64,000 nucleotides of DNA from Octopus vulgaris (Eukaryota): positions 15,686,001 to 15,750,000 of the forward strand of contig OX597832.1 in assembly GCA_951406725.2 (NCBI GenBank). The letters run 5' to 3'. Of the stretch, positions 14,233 through 28,027 are shown piece by piece (positions within the stretch are counted from its first letter, which is position 1; the number at the start of each line of letters is the position of its first letter). The notes under the pieces are model-generated. The model searched no databases, was not told the DNA's origin, and worked only from the letters and a program-made list of their open reading frames with translations. Position numbers and translations under genes: made by a program.

Positions 14233-14325
14233 CAAAAAAAAAAACAAAAAACAAAAACATCAACAAATGCAAACACACACACACACAGCCACAGACATAC
14301 ATCAGGCACACGAAACACACACACG

Positions 14326-14406
<81 letters not shown>

Positions 14407-14651
14407 CGTTGCTATTAATCAATAGTGTCGTTAACTTAACAGGTTGCTTTTTCAGAAGACACAAAATATTCTCACGATTCTATAGCACAACCGTTGTAGT
14501 ACACTTTGACAGTTTTTGGCATATTGAGTTAGAAGCAGCTGGTGATACAATAATTTCACCAAAAGGACCGGTTATCGTAGACAACGATAAATATTGAAAA
14601 AAACGCTTTGGGACAAATCTGGACATAGGACAATTTAGAATAATATCAAAG

Positions 14652-14739
<88 letters not shown>

Positions 14740-15155
14740 ATTATTATTATTATTATTATAAAGGCTTAATCGCAGCAAGTTGCTCAAAACCACATACCGA
14801 AAATATTAGGAATGTCAGCCAAATAGGTTACCATTTCTCCTACTAGTAAAAACGTCTCCACAAACAATCAGGATTTGCAACCCGTATATGGCAAAGAGAA
14901 AGAAAATAACGAAATCACAGTCTGTTTTAGATTAATTATAGACGAAATTCCGTTTCTGGATTAGAACCAGAGGTTCATTTCCTTGTCAATATAATATTTC
15001 CTATAAATATAGAAATGCTAGGGGAAAAAAGACTTACCCACCATACCGGCTCGATCAGGCGACACCGAACGATATGATGGTCTACCAGCATCCCTACATT
15101 TATATACAGAAAGGCGAAATCGTATCTAACCCTCCAAAATTACCACGTGAGTTGC

Positions 15156-15212
<57 letters not shown>

Positions 15213-15217
<5 letters not shown>

Positions 15218-16050
15218 AAAGTGGCTTAGGAAAAGCGTCCTCCAGAGGACCACCATGTTTTCTTGTTCTCTTGTTCTAAAGGTTCTGAGAATCCATCCGG
15301 CCAGTCGTCTACATTTCATTGCCAATTTAGCAACATGTACACGAAAGGTTGCGTCATCACTCCTGTAAATACCCAGGTCACGCACTGATTGTGCCTCTGG
15401 GATTGCTATTCCTCCGGATCCAGTGTATTCATTGGGTATTGCATTTAGTTTTGCATGCTGATAGTATAAAGCTTTGCAAAGTCTAGATATATCACTTCCA
15501 CATTTGAGTGGTTGAGCAGCCGTTTCAGCACCCAGTCATAGTGTTGTAGGAGCTGAGTTAAACAGAGACTCAAGAGATTAAAACTATATTCCTTGGAGCG
15601 TAGGCGGGAAAGATATGCCATAATATACATCTGGAAGATCCTGGAGGGACGTGTCCCAAACTTTGGCATCGAGTGTTACACAAATGCCAGAACTGGGCGC
15701 CACTGTGTGGTGCCTAGGACTCCAAATTTGCCATCAAGATGTAGGACAAGATACTGTGATAGCCTGGGCTTCCGAGGCCCACAGCTCTTCAATATCCTCC
15801 CGAAGAACCTGAGAGACCTGCATGGGGTGGATGCAGATGTCTTTAAAATGAAACTGGATCTCTTCCTGTCAGGTGTCTAAGATGAACCAACTTCACGGCA
15901 GGAGGTGCAGATGAGGGCAGATGCATCGAACTCTCTCATGCACCAAATGGCAGTTGCTAAAAGGCTTTCCTGAAGTGGAACCAGGTAGCAGCACCAAATG
16001 GCGGTGCCCCAGCATGGCCACAGCTCATGAGCTGAAACTAGAATCAATCA

Positions 16051-16053
<3 letters not shown>
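15213..16053 (+). mobile_element. 5'-inverted CR1/L2-group LINE fragment
   Basis: Minus 15565-15213 encodes CLTQLL..VIYLDFAK and, after a deletion, VRDLGIY..WILRTF..SHFDY. Plus 15566-15880 encodes RLKRLKLYSLERRRERY..GPQLFNILP..FKMKLDLFLS. 3' UTR ends in (ATCA)n; (TA)n on both sides. Confidence 0.88.
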
Positions 16054-16104
<51 letters not shown>

Positions 16105-16958
16105 TATATGAAAGACTCCTTTCAGTATCAGTTTTAAAACATCCACGCGCAAGGCTCCTATTGGACCCAGGCTTTTGTAGAAGGACCGTGTGGTTGGAAA
16201 GCAAGTTTCTTGACACAGGACCGGGGTGCATCTAATATTTTGTTAAAAATCTCGCACTTGTTGAGTCTCGGGATTCCTTCGATAAAAGCGTAGCAAATGG
16301 AAGCCAGTCGACTGATGATGTTCGAGACAAACATTTATAGTATGCTATACTGAAAACATTTCGTGATTCTGAAAGATATTATTTTAAGCATATTGTTATA
16401 AAGCAGCGATAATACAATAAGCTCCATGAAAAAGAAGTAATATTCTCCCATGAATCTGATGCACATGCACTTACTTCCACGCCAATATACATACATCTAA
16501 GTAGGTCTTTTTCATTTACTGAAATATCGTCTTGGGATATCTGAATAAAGAACCTATAAAGAAATATAATTTTCGAATTACGAGTTTCATTAATTCTTTG
16601 AAACAAATTATAGATATAATTAAAATGATGTCAGTGAATAGATATCAGTTACTGAAAATAAAGCGAAATAAGTATATGTGAAGACATACACAGATGCACA
16701 AACACGCAAACTCATACATATGCACACACATGTACATATATACAGAGAGAGAGAGAGAGAGAGAGAGTAAGAGAAAGAGAGAGAAAGAGAAAGAGAGAGA
16801 GAAATATACGGACACAGAGAAACAGAGAGACATAGATCCCGGAGGTAAATAAGCTGACGGACAGAGATAGTCACTCTACCAAGAAACCCTCATTCATAAA
16901 TACCTAAACATTTATTCATTACCTTTGTAGGATATTTATCGTCGTCCTCTTTCTTGTT

Positions 16959-17003
16959 AACACAACTTTCGGCTAATTTACCCTCCGGCCTTCATCAGGT
17001 ATC
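16959..17003 (-). ncRNA. minimal type I hammerhead-like motif
   Basis: Minus strand GATAC-CTGATGA-AGGC(CGGAGGGTAAATTA)GCC-GAAA-G-TT-GTGTT: stem I GATAC/GTGTT (with G-U pairs), intact core boxes, stem II GGC/GCC, rudimentary stem III. Confidence 0.6.
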
Positions 17004-17074
17004 TTGGAGAAATTTCGAATATGATTTCTCATTCCTAAGGTATTTTTCGATGTTTTTTAATCATCATTATTATT

Positions 17075-17560
17075 AATCTATGTTTTACTGTTGCTTTATA
17101 TTTGTACAAGTTGGCTCCAAGCCTCACCAAGAGACCTCCAGAGACAAAAGGTTGGAAGTTCGTGTTGCTGTTATGCCTAGTGTGCCATATATTTGGTTTT
17201 GTATTTAGTGCTGTACTAGTGAATGTGTAAAAAAAAAATATATATGTTTGTTTTAAAACTTGAGATTACATAGGAAGTATTTTGCGTAGGATATGACCAG
17301 TTCCCATGAGCACTATCTTTTTAATATCAGCCATTTTGGGGTTTAGTGGTATCTGAGTTAGGTAGCGATCAGCCCATTTTGCTATCATTCCCAGCGCACC
17401 TATGACAACAGGTATTGTTTTAGTCTTCAGGTTCCACATTTTGCTGATTTCTATTTCAAGATCATTATATTTGTTCAGTTTTTGGTTTTGACAGATACGT
17501 TTATACCGATTGGGACAGTCATATCAATGAGGAGACATGTTCTTTGTTTGAAGTATTTCG
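17075..17560 (-). mobile_element. R4/Dong-like LINE 3' fragment (RLE domain + 3' UTR)
   Basis: CLLIDMTVP.. then EIEISKMWNLKTKTIPVVIGALGMI..KIVLMGTGHILRKILPM*; 3' UTR homologous to 54304-54478; (ATT)n on both sides. Confidence 0.85.
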
Positions 17561-17654
17561 ATATTATTATTATTGTAGTTGTTGTTGTTGTTGCTGTTGT
17601 TGTTGTTGCTATTGTTATCATTATTATTATTATGCTATATATCCACGGGTATAT

Positions 17655-17722
17655 TGCGTGGTAGTTAAGATCGCTGGCTACTAACTCCAAGATCCCGAGT
17701 TCGTGTCCAGTTAGTGACCTGA
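17655..17722 (+). mobile_element. short tRNA-like (SINE) head followed by (TAA)n
   Basis: GCGTGGTAGTTAAG (A-box-like), loop CTACTAA, GAGTTCGTGTCC (B-box-like), then the AAT array. Confidence 0.55.
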
Positions 17723-17739
17723 ATAATAATAATGACAAT

Positions 17740-17800
<61 letters not shown>

Positions 17801-17818
17801 ATAATAATAATAATAATG

Positions 17819-17895
<77 letters not shown>

Positions 17896-17907
17896 TTACG
17901 CAAGCAA

Positions 17908-17965
<58 letters not shown>
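17722..17965 (+). repeat. (AAT)n then (TA)n microsatellites
   Basis: Direct inspection. Confidence 0.95.
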
Positions 17966-17969
<4 letters not shown>

Positions 17970-19302
17970 TTATGTATGGACGTATGCATGTATATTCCTT
18001 TATAAAACCATTGAATATGATAATTAATTAACGTAGTGATATTCTCCAGTTCGAAGGCGGCTTTAATTTAGTTATATGCAAAATATACCTAAATCAAATA
18101 GCAATATCCTTTGAGAGAGCATGTAAAATGTAAATTCGAAAAATCCCCCAAAATATTTGATATCACTTCCCACATATGTTGTTAAGTGAATCTGCATTTA
18201 ATACACAAATGCAAATTGTCTGAGACATCTAAATACGAAATTTCGTCGAATATATTTATTAAATGAACAAAAGGTAATATAAATGAGGCATTCAATCAAT
18301 TTGCATTATAATTCAATTGCATACAAACTAATTTCTTAGAATTACTTGAAACATATGTGGCATGTAATATTAAATCTATTTCCAAGAAATCCTGCGTTCA
18401 GTGTTAAAAATTGCCGATTCATAATTTAAAATCCATATTATATTAGCCTTTACTGAGCTCCTGAAAGATGTCCCTACGTCACAAAAATCGGACATTGTGC
18501 ACTGGTGGGATTTATATTCACATGTGTGTATGTGTGTGTGTTTTTATGTATGTGGATTATAAGAAGGCTACAAGATAATAGGGTATTTAATTGCGTGGGG
18601 TGTTTTATTATTCCAGATTATACACAAAACACTATAAAATTCCACTAGTTTACTAATCTACCGAAGCATGAGAACTTATAACTCACATATAATCCCTGTG
18701 GTGTATTACATGATTCATATGTCTCCATGGAGGGTGTAATCTTGGATTAAAGAAATATTTGTAAAATCGTGACTCGCAGAATTCACAACCCCTAAACAGT
18801 AATGTTACAATTTCTAAGTAATCAATTAGAATCATGTAACGTTTACTTCAATCAACAAATCTGCTGACGAACGGAAATTTCTATCTATTTATATCCTTTT
18901 CTCAAACTCAAAGTGCTAAAGAATGAATTATATATATACGAAAGCACTCTGATCTTAAGCTCATATCCCTTAAATGTCTTAAATGCCCGACTGGACTTCG
19001 ATCATTACCCACCGTGAAGAAACACTTTATGTTTCCGAAATAACAGCAAGAGCAAGTAAATGTAAGAAATGACTGATTAATGTTTCAAATCTTTGATATA
19101 TTTACTGACCCTCTACAATACTCCACGACAAATTTAAAATCCCTTTCACACTTCCACATGTTTGTTGGAATTTTAATGATAACCGGCACATTTCCAAAGC
19201 AAAGAATTCTTCTCTAATGTATTTTCGAGTAAACTAAACCTAGATGCACATTTTGTAAACAACAAAACTCTTCGGCTACCTATATTATACTCACGTATTT
19301 GT

Positions 19303-19687
19303 GGAGGCGCTATGGCCCAGTGGTTAGGGCAGCAGACTCGCGGTCATAGGATCGCGGTTTCGATTCCCACACCGGGCGTTGTGAGTGTTTATTGGGCGAA
19401 AACACCTAAAAACTCCACGAGACTCCGGCAGGGATTGTGGTGATCCCTGCTGTACTCTTTCACCACAACTTTCTCTCACTCTTACTTCCTGTTTCTGTTG
19501 TACATGTATTTCAAAGGGCCGGCCTTGTCACTCTCTGTGTCACGCTGAATATCCCCGAGAACTACGTTAAAGGTACACGTGTCTGTGGAGTGCTCAGCCA
19601 CTTACACGTTAATTTCACGAGCAGGCTGTTCCGTTGATCGGATCAACCGGAACCCTCGTTGTCGTAACCAACGGAGTGCTTCCATCC
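19303..19687 (+). mobile_element. SINE family A, tail 1
   Basis: Near-identical to 5563-5954; TSD ACTCACGTATTT (19289-19300, 19688-19699). Confidence 0.9.
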
Positions 19688-20638
19688 ACTCACGTATTTA
19701 GAAACAACCCCATTTCTAAGGGACACCGATAAGATATAAAACTGAGATACATGATTAAAACTATATTAAAACGTTGTACACGTATGGGGGGCAATATCTA
19801 TCTTTAAAAATACTATTATTAAATATCGAAGAGAAAATTTTCCGCCGCAGCAGCGACCAGCGACAGAGGCATCTTCATAATGTCAATGGCTAAGCTACTG
19901 GCCAGCCACGTACTCGGGCGATAAATTTTGTTGCCTGCGATAATGGAAAGCGCCACTAAAGTATTTAGTGATTTTGCAAGTAGAAAGTCAACAAGACATA
20001 TTATCTCTGGGCAAATTCTGCATTAAATGCATATTGGTAACTAGACTATCGACAGTGTACGTGCATCAAGAACGTTACAGAGATGTCTAATTCCATTTAT
20101 TATTGCTTAACATGCATATTAAGGATGTCCAACTACTACCTCGCTATTAGCAACACCATGTTCTCTTTTATTGGATTTTACCCTTATCAAAGGCGACAAA
20201 TTTTGCTGCAAACATAAGACTATCTGCGTGTGAGAGCCATGGAAAAGGCACAACGCGGTCGGATCTCAATCGTTGTTCTCGTGATTTGTTGCTGGATATG
20301 ACATTCGTTTACAGATAATATTTAAAACTTTTTATGTAATTAACAGAAATGTTGTTATCCCAAGGAATATTAGGCTACCGAGAAAATTGAATTTTTATAC
20401 AAACCATGTAAATTGTATATCAACTAATGTTCTATCGCCTACAATGAATGAATGGAAGATGATAATCAACCGCATGCAACGTATGCAACGGAATACAATT
20501 TATCCATCCATAGAATACGGACTGTAGCGTTCAAGGACATTCACATTCTGGAAACGTACGTAGCAGTCCGTTAAATGTTTATAAGTTCCGTTGAAGAACT
20601 ATGTATGTATATCTGTGTGTGTCTATGCGAGTGCATGC

Positions 20639-20710
<72 letters not shown>

Positions 20711-20768
20711 ATCCATTTATTTATCTATATATATATACATATATATATATATATAACTACATATATAT

Positions 20769-20830
<62 letters not shown>

Positions 20831-20870
20831 CATATGTGGTGTGTACGTTCCGCCAGTACTCGAAAATTCA

Positions 20871-20928
<58 letters not shown>

Positions 20929-21699
20929 CACACATATATATACATATACATTTAGATAGTATTATACATCTGTGTATGGATGTGCATCTCTTTGTATATG
21001 CATATGTATGCGTAAATGTAAGCACGTTTTAGTAAGCAAAATGGTAGCGTCAGTATTGTCGGATTGAACATCATGATATTTTGGTTTATGTTGTTTTGTT
21101 ACTTTTCATTCCCACCTTTGCAAGAACGCCGTGCGCCTGAAAGACAGTGATGACATAAACGCAATTATTTTAAATTTAATAATATTGAGGTATGCTATCA
21201 TATTTTGAAACTGTTGATTTCCGATAAATATTTTGTAAAATACGCATAAAAATCGATAGGTATATTTAACATTCCTGCAAATAAATCTAATATGTCAGTA
21301 GAAACACGGCCTTTCAGAAGGTCGTCCGTAAAATGGATGTACGCACACTCATACACGTACACACGTGTACACACAGAAACACAAATATATACAGACAGCA
21401 CCCTCTTTATGCCACTGGTATAAATATATACGCAAACATTTATGTCATATGCTGAATTGTAATTGAGAATATCTGCAGTGTACCAAATTAGTATCTTTAT
21501 AATAGATTCTATATGCGTAGTCTGTAAAGAAAACAATGGATATCGTATCTTCACCTGTGACATACATGGCTTAAATGTCAGAAAGTTAATTTACTGTAGA
21601 CAAATTTTTGAAGCGATGATATTTGCGTCTTTATTCGGAAGAGTATTTTATATGGAAGCCACTTCTAAAATACTGCGTGCAATGACTATATCTGCGCAA

Positions 21700-21790
21700 C
21701 ATCTATTTAGGTCCAACGTTCTTATAAGAATTTTGTCGACGGTTTCTTGCGAAAGAGATTTCATGCTATTACGCATCAGATTCATGGTCC
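21700..21790 (+). mobile_element. possible hAT transposase C-terminal relic
   Basis: ORF 21463-21798 contains ILSTVSCERDFMLLRI, resembling the hAT dimerisation motif (S..CERxFS). Single short motif only. Confidence 0.3.
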
Positions 21791-23109
21791 CTATGTGAGT
21801 AAGCCTCCCCCACTAGTCCTCGATTGAGTGCCCTGAAATGGAAAAATTAATATATTAAAAATTATAAACACAATGAAAGTATCTCCACTTAATTTCATTT
21901 ATGACACGGTTGCTTTTCTAAATTTAATGTACCATTGCCAATCAATATTACATCATATAACGAAAATCATCATGAACTTATTCAATCATTCTTCTGATTA
22001 TTTATTTAGTCTTTGTTAAATAAAAATTTCACAATATCTACGATTACATTTGCACGAAATCTGTTCACATTTAAATGCCATTTCAAATTATGACAAAAAT
22101 GTTGTCATTAATTTTTCCATAACGGGGATATAAACAAAGCGAAAACTTAAACTTTTCGATGGTTTCTTAAAAAATATTTTAAAAATATAATATATACATT
22201 TTCACTGATTATTTATAAAAACTATTGTGTCTCTTTGCTGACAAGAAAATACTTATGCAAATATTTTGTCTAAATTGAAGAGGAAATTATTTCAAAATGT
22301 GACAGGAATAAAATAAATAAAACCAAGAGAATAAGTTACATATAATATTTGTAAAATTACTTTTCACGTCGTTTTTATATATTTTCTTATGTTGATGTAA
22401 GTCACTATTTTCTTATTTTCCTTTATTTATGGCGAATTTAATTTATTAGTTTCTTGAATAAAAATGCGTCTGGCATTTCATATATATAAATATATTTTTT
22501 CATTTATCATCTTGCTGAGATAGTGCTATCTTTTGATTACTACTTATTGATTCTCTATCATTGGCCCTAAATATATAGTAAACATATAATACTAACATTG
22601 TTAAAATTTGCTGATGTTATTATTCACAAACTTGGTGAAAATGATAATACATATTTTCTATTATTATTTTGACACGATCAGATTGACAATTTGATATTGC
22701 AACGACAAACTGAAGACGATGTGATGGGGCTTCAATAGAACAGACAAAAAGCTGTGTAGCTTGAATATCAACATTTTGCAAAAAATATAATATCGCAATG
22801 GGAGATAAAGGTTCTTCGAGTAAACAACGAAACACTCAGAGAATGAATTAAATTTAGCTACGTCGGCAATCATACTAAAACTCAACTATTGCCTCTAGTC
22901 ACAAACTGGGATTAGTCTCGCTCAAAATGACTCATTAAGAACTATAATACGTTTTATCGTCGTTACTCGGAAACTGCCGATAGCTCACCACACTCGGCTA
23001 CTAATATCTAACATAATTGAAATTGTGTTAGTTTGGACACAAGGAGGAATATTCACGACTTTAATGCTATCACACCCTAAACTCTTATACTCCTTGAATC
23101 TTTCACACG

Positions 23110-23260
23110 GTTCAATTATGTGACAGATGGAGCACCGCCGTTAGTCGAGGAAATCGACCACAGAACTTATTCTTTGTAAGCCTAGAACTTATTCAATAGG
23201 CATCTCTTGCTAAACTGCTAAGTTTCGGGGAAATAAACACAGCGACGTCGGTTGTCAAGT
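23110..23260 (-). mobile_element. SINE family B tail remnant
   Basis: TGGAGCACCGCC..TAGTCGAG..ACTTATTCTTTGTAAGCCTAG..TCGGTTGTCAAG is the reverse complement of the family B tail. Confidence 0.75.
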
Positions 23261-23280
23261 CATAGTGCGTGCATGCTACC

Positions 23281-24075
23281 TTTCACTATAATGAAAGATA
23301 GAAGAAAGGGGAATATTGTGAGCAAGTACCGTCACATAGCATGTCTAGATATAACCTGGAAGATACTGAATGCAATATGTGCGACAAAGACATATACTGA
23401 CCTGGCACAGGAAGAAATACTACCAAGGGAATAAAAATAATGTTGGAGGACTACCAAAGATTACCTGGTCATAGATAAAACAGTTTTGAGGCATTGTACA
23501 CAATATCATACAAGCACGTCTATGGGTTGCATTGACTTTAAGAAGGCATATGATATGATGTCTCATTCATTGTTCGCTGAATGCCTGCAGATATTTTGTG
23601 TTGCTGACAACATCAAAAAGTTTCTGATGTATAGCATGAAAGAGTGGAAAACCAAACTGTACTCAAATAAAGTATTCCTTGGAGAAGTTACTACAGAAAG
23701 GGGCACTTTCCTAGGTGACTCGGTCTCTCCGTTAATATCACTTAGGAAAGTTTAGATGGGATACATATGTGGCAAGAAAGGTCCATCATTGACTCTTCTT
23801 CTGTTTATCGATGACCTGAGATCGTATGGGAAATTTGTAAAAAAAAAACCAGATAGAATCCTTAACCAAAACAATCCAGAATTGTGGTAGCGACATCAAT
23901 ATGGAATTTGGAAGTACCAAATGCTGAGGACTTAATATAAAAAGAGAGAAGAAAGCAGCCTGCAGGGGATTGCAGCTACCGTCAGGAGAGACCATGGATG
24001 AACCTGAGTGTAGCGGGCATACATATTTAGGGACTTTTGAGTTGGAACCACTCGAGTACATCGGAAGGTGCTCGA
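23281..24075 (+). mobile_element. R4/Dong-like LINE RT relic
   Basis: KYRHIACLDITWKIL, IDFKKAYDMMSH, RGTFLGDSVSPL, LLFIDDL and MEFGSTKC motifs with stops and frameshifts; (TAA)n follows at ~24162. Confidence 0.85.
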
Positions 24076-25419
24076 AAAATATTAGGTGTCACCTTACTTC
24101 ACCGGTAGTGAACAGCTGACACTGTAGTGCATCTCCTGCGTCCAGCGTTAGAACCTTTGCAATAATACTAATAATGATGATGATGAGGGTGGTGAAGATG
24201 ATGATGACGACGACGACAACAACAGCAACATCAATAATAATAATGATAATAATAATAATAATATTAATAGTAATAATAACACCTTCTGGAACCGCGCATT
24301 TTCCACAAATTTCAAAAAAACCGAATGAAATGTATTTCCTTAGCCAAGTCGTTACTTACTTCTGGCATTTGCTATTTTCCCTATTGAAGTGGCTGTGTTA
24401 AGCAAAAACTGAAAAGTAGTCAATAGCGTTATCATTACCATAATAAAAAAAGATGATAATGAAACGGACAAAGAAAATTATATATAATGAATTATTCATG
24501 AAGTGGGGATTTAAATAATCTATTTGGGAATTAAGCTGTAAATAAGCGAAACAAATGTTTATTAAAAAAGAATACGTCAAATATATGCATCAAACTGATC
24601 GCTCATCCATCTTGCTTTCAATTCTTTATTGAGAAACAGAGCGCTCTAGCTATGGCCCATACTAAGGAATTGTCCATTAAACATCATCTATTCAAACAAG
24701 TAGAGAGAGTGAGTCATTAGTGATAATAGTAAACATTAAGAATTTATATACGCTAATTTATTGTAAAACTAGAATAATGAAAATCGCTATTTATTATTTT
24801 TTTTCAAAGTTCTTGTATACCACGATGGGCACTGATGATTGTTTTTATGGGAAAGTGGTATTTTTCTGGCACAATCTACTACGTAGGTGGAGATGAATTC
24901 TGACAAACATGGAAAGTTCGTGAGACTTATATTACTATTTATACCGTGGCTCGATTGCAGGTAGAACGAAGTGAGTAAGAATCATATTCGATATTAACCT
25001 TTAGTTTCGTAATATTGGAATCTGAAAAAGAACCTGTTTGTGTTCGTTCAACAACATTTTCAAGTAAGAGCAATGCGACAGGAGCTGAATTGTGTACATA
25101 ATTTCATGAACTTTGTTGTATCTGGAATCTCTTTCTCTGAATATTTAGTGCTGAATTATGACAAGAAGCCAAACTTCACTATAACAAATGCATTTCCTAT
25201 CATCCCTTTATGCAAGAAGAGATCCCTTGTTTTTGGCAGATATATGTGAGCACCGAAAACATCGTGAGATAATTTATGGATATTTATGACAATAATGACG
25301 ACACTATACATTTACGAATTTATACTCATTTACGGCATCTAAAAAACAATTAAGAAAATATGATATATATGATTTTTAAAATATATGGTACTTAGTTTAT
25401 ATTTCTTGGTGAATTCTAC

Positions 25420-26815
25420 GATACTCCCTGTACAAGAATTGACGGTGCCCTTTTTTCTCCTGCCAAATTTTCTTCATTGGCTCTCTCTGGTCTTTCTTAA
25501 ATTGTGTTGGGTCTACGGCTTGGTTCACTTTTAAGATCCTCTGCATGTTCCCTACTTGAATCATTTCATGTTTACTTCCATTGACATACCAAGCCAGGCT
25601 ATTTTCCTCTTACCTTACTCAATCATCACGTCACACTAATCCCCGTCCTCTTTCTTTCCTCTTTATATACAATCTTGACACACCACTCTTGGGGTGTAGT
25701 CCCTTGTTCATTGTCATTAATTTACATTTTCTCCAGTCCATCTCTTGTAATTCATGCTTCTTTCAAGATACTCTTCTTTCCCTATATCTTATCAAATACA
25801 TCGATTATGTGTTAACTAATCTAATTTTATAGAAACTATTTAGTTTCGATTTGAGCACAAGCCGATTTCTCCCCCAAAACTCTTCCTTGTACATTTCTTT
25901 CAACTCGTGTTCATTCAACTTACCTTTTTCGATACCCAGGTACTTATATCCTCTCTCTCTCCGAATTTCTTTATTATTTCACCACTTTCCTGTTCGATCC
26001 AATGGCTTTTATAGATTTTCCTCTTTTGAGAATCATTACACCATATTTCTCGATCGCAAATTACAAGCCAATATTTTTGCCCAGCTGCACAATGTCTTTT
26101 TAAGAATTACTGAATAGCTATGGATAAGCAACTGACCGCAGGTTGTTTATTTTCACCCTGCCTAGCGTGTGCCCCACACTCATCCCTCTTAAAACGCTCG
26201 TTAGCTGCAGTATATAGACAGCAAATCGGAGAGGCGACAGACTGTTCCCATAAAAGATTCCTCTTTTGATATTTAACTATCCCAGCTCATCTCCCCATAC
26301 AGTGAGTTCAGGTCATCGAGGTTTGTATTACCTTCAGTATATTGTGGGACACCTTAAGCCGTTTAAGGCATTGGACAATCCACGTGTTTAGCTCCATATC
26401 ATATACTTTCCTCTTGTCTACCCATGCCATTGCCAAATTTTTATACCTCTTCTTGCTGTCGGCCAGGATAATTTTATCGATTAGTAATTGATCCTTTGCT
26501 CCACTGCTCTTGCATCTATACCCTTTTTGATCCATTAATAGTAGGTCGTTCTCGTACAGTTACTTATAGATGCTGTTTGATATGATGGCTGGCATAGGTT
26601 TCCACATCAGTGGCACACAATTTATTGGTCAAATTTCCAACCTCATTCCATCTACTTGGGTCCTACTGGTATTGTACCGTTCTTCATTTTGTCACCCAGG
26701 ACGGTACTTGGATGTCACTATTCAGTATTTTGTTCATCTGTTTCGCAATTAGCCTGTGCAGAGCTGTCAAATTCTTAAGTCAAATGTCCTTAACCTCATC
26801 TGGTCCACTTAGTAA
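25420..26815 (-). mobile_element. R4/Dong-like LINE RT relic
   Basis: [43 protein letters not shown] and YKYLG-like segments; (ATT)n at 26856-27202. Confidence 0.82.
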
Positions 26816-26855
26816 TTTTCGTACAGTGATCACTATAATTATCCTCAGTTATTCT

Positions 26856-27202
<347 letters not shown>

Positions 27203-27859
27203 TTCTTTCTGTATTACCGGGCTTTGTTTATATAACGTCTGTTATACTCATTACAATGAACTCTATTTATAATCGATGCCGATGTTCCATATATATATAT
27301 ATATATATGAATTTGAGAATCAAATTCTTATGATTATTACAGTTATGTTGATTAAAGATATAGTAATGTCTTCTCTGTGGGCAAATCTTTTCTCAAATGA
27401 GGCGAATAACATTGTTGAAAGTTTCGTAATAAGTTTGTTTTAACCAAACTGAACTCAACCAGATTACATCATCATCATTGGATGATTTCCTTCAGCTTTC
27501 CTGTTTACGATATTTACATATTATAACGGAATTATCTACATTATAAGAACAGATATGCTTCCACACAGTGCTCTTAAATATTAGGACCACAACTACTATT
27601 AATGCTATTCGTATAAATATCACCAATTTTGGCAGTGTTATTAATAGAATCAATATTATTGTTAACATTCAAAACAGTTCAGTTACTATTACGAATATCA
27701 GTCCTATACATAACATTTCCAATATTAATATTGGTACAAGGACTAACATTCATTTTCATCTTTCATCAATAACTTCATTGTGCATGTATTAACATTATAT
27801 CAATTACTGCTAACATTCATTTCAAATTTTGGTTGACTGCTATAAGCGTCTTATGAACG

Positions 27860-28027
27860 GTTATGTCAATTACATGGACAACAGTGCTCAATTAGAACTC
27901 TTTCATCGACCCGGAAATGGTTTAGTGCAAGGTCGTCCTAGCCCGATTTGAACTAAGAACGCAAAGACGAAGAAATACCGCTAAGTATTTGGCCCAGTGT
28001 GACATAGAATCTGCGAATTCGCTGCCT
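27860..28027 (-). mobile_element. degenerate SINE family C
   Basis: ATCGACCCGGAAA..TTTGAACTAAGAACG..GAAATACCGCTAAG..TCGCTGCCT. Confidence 0.7.
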
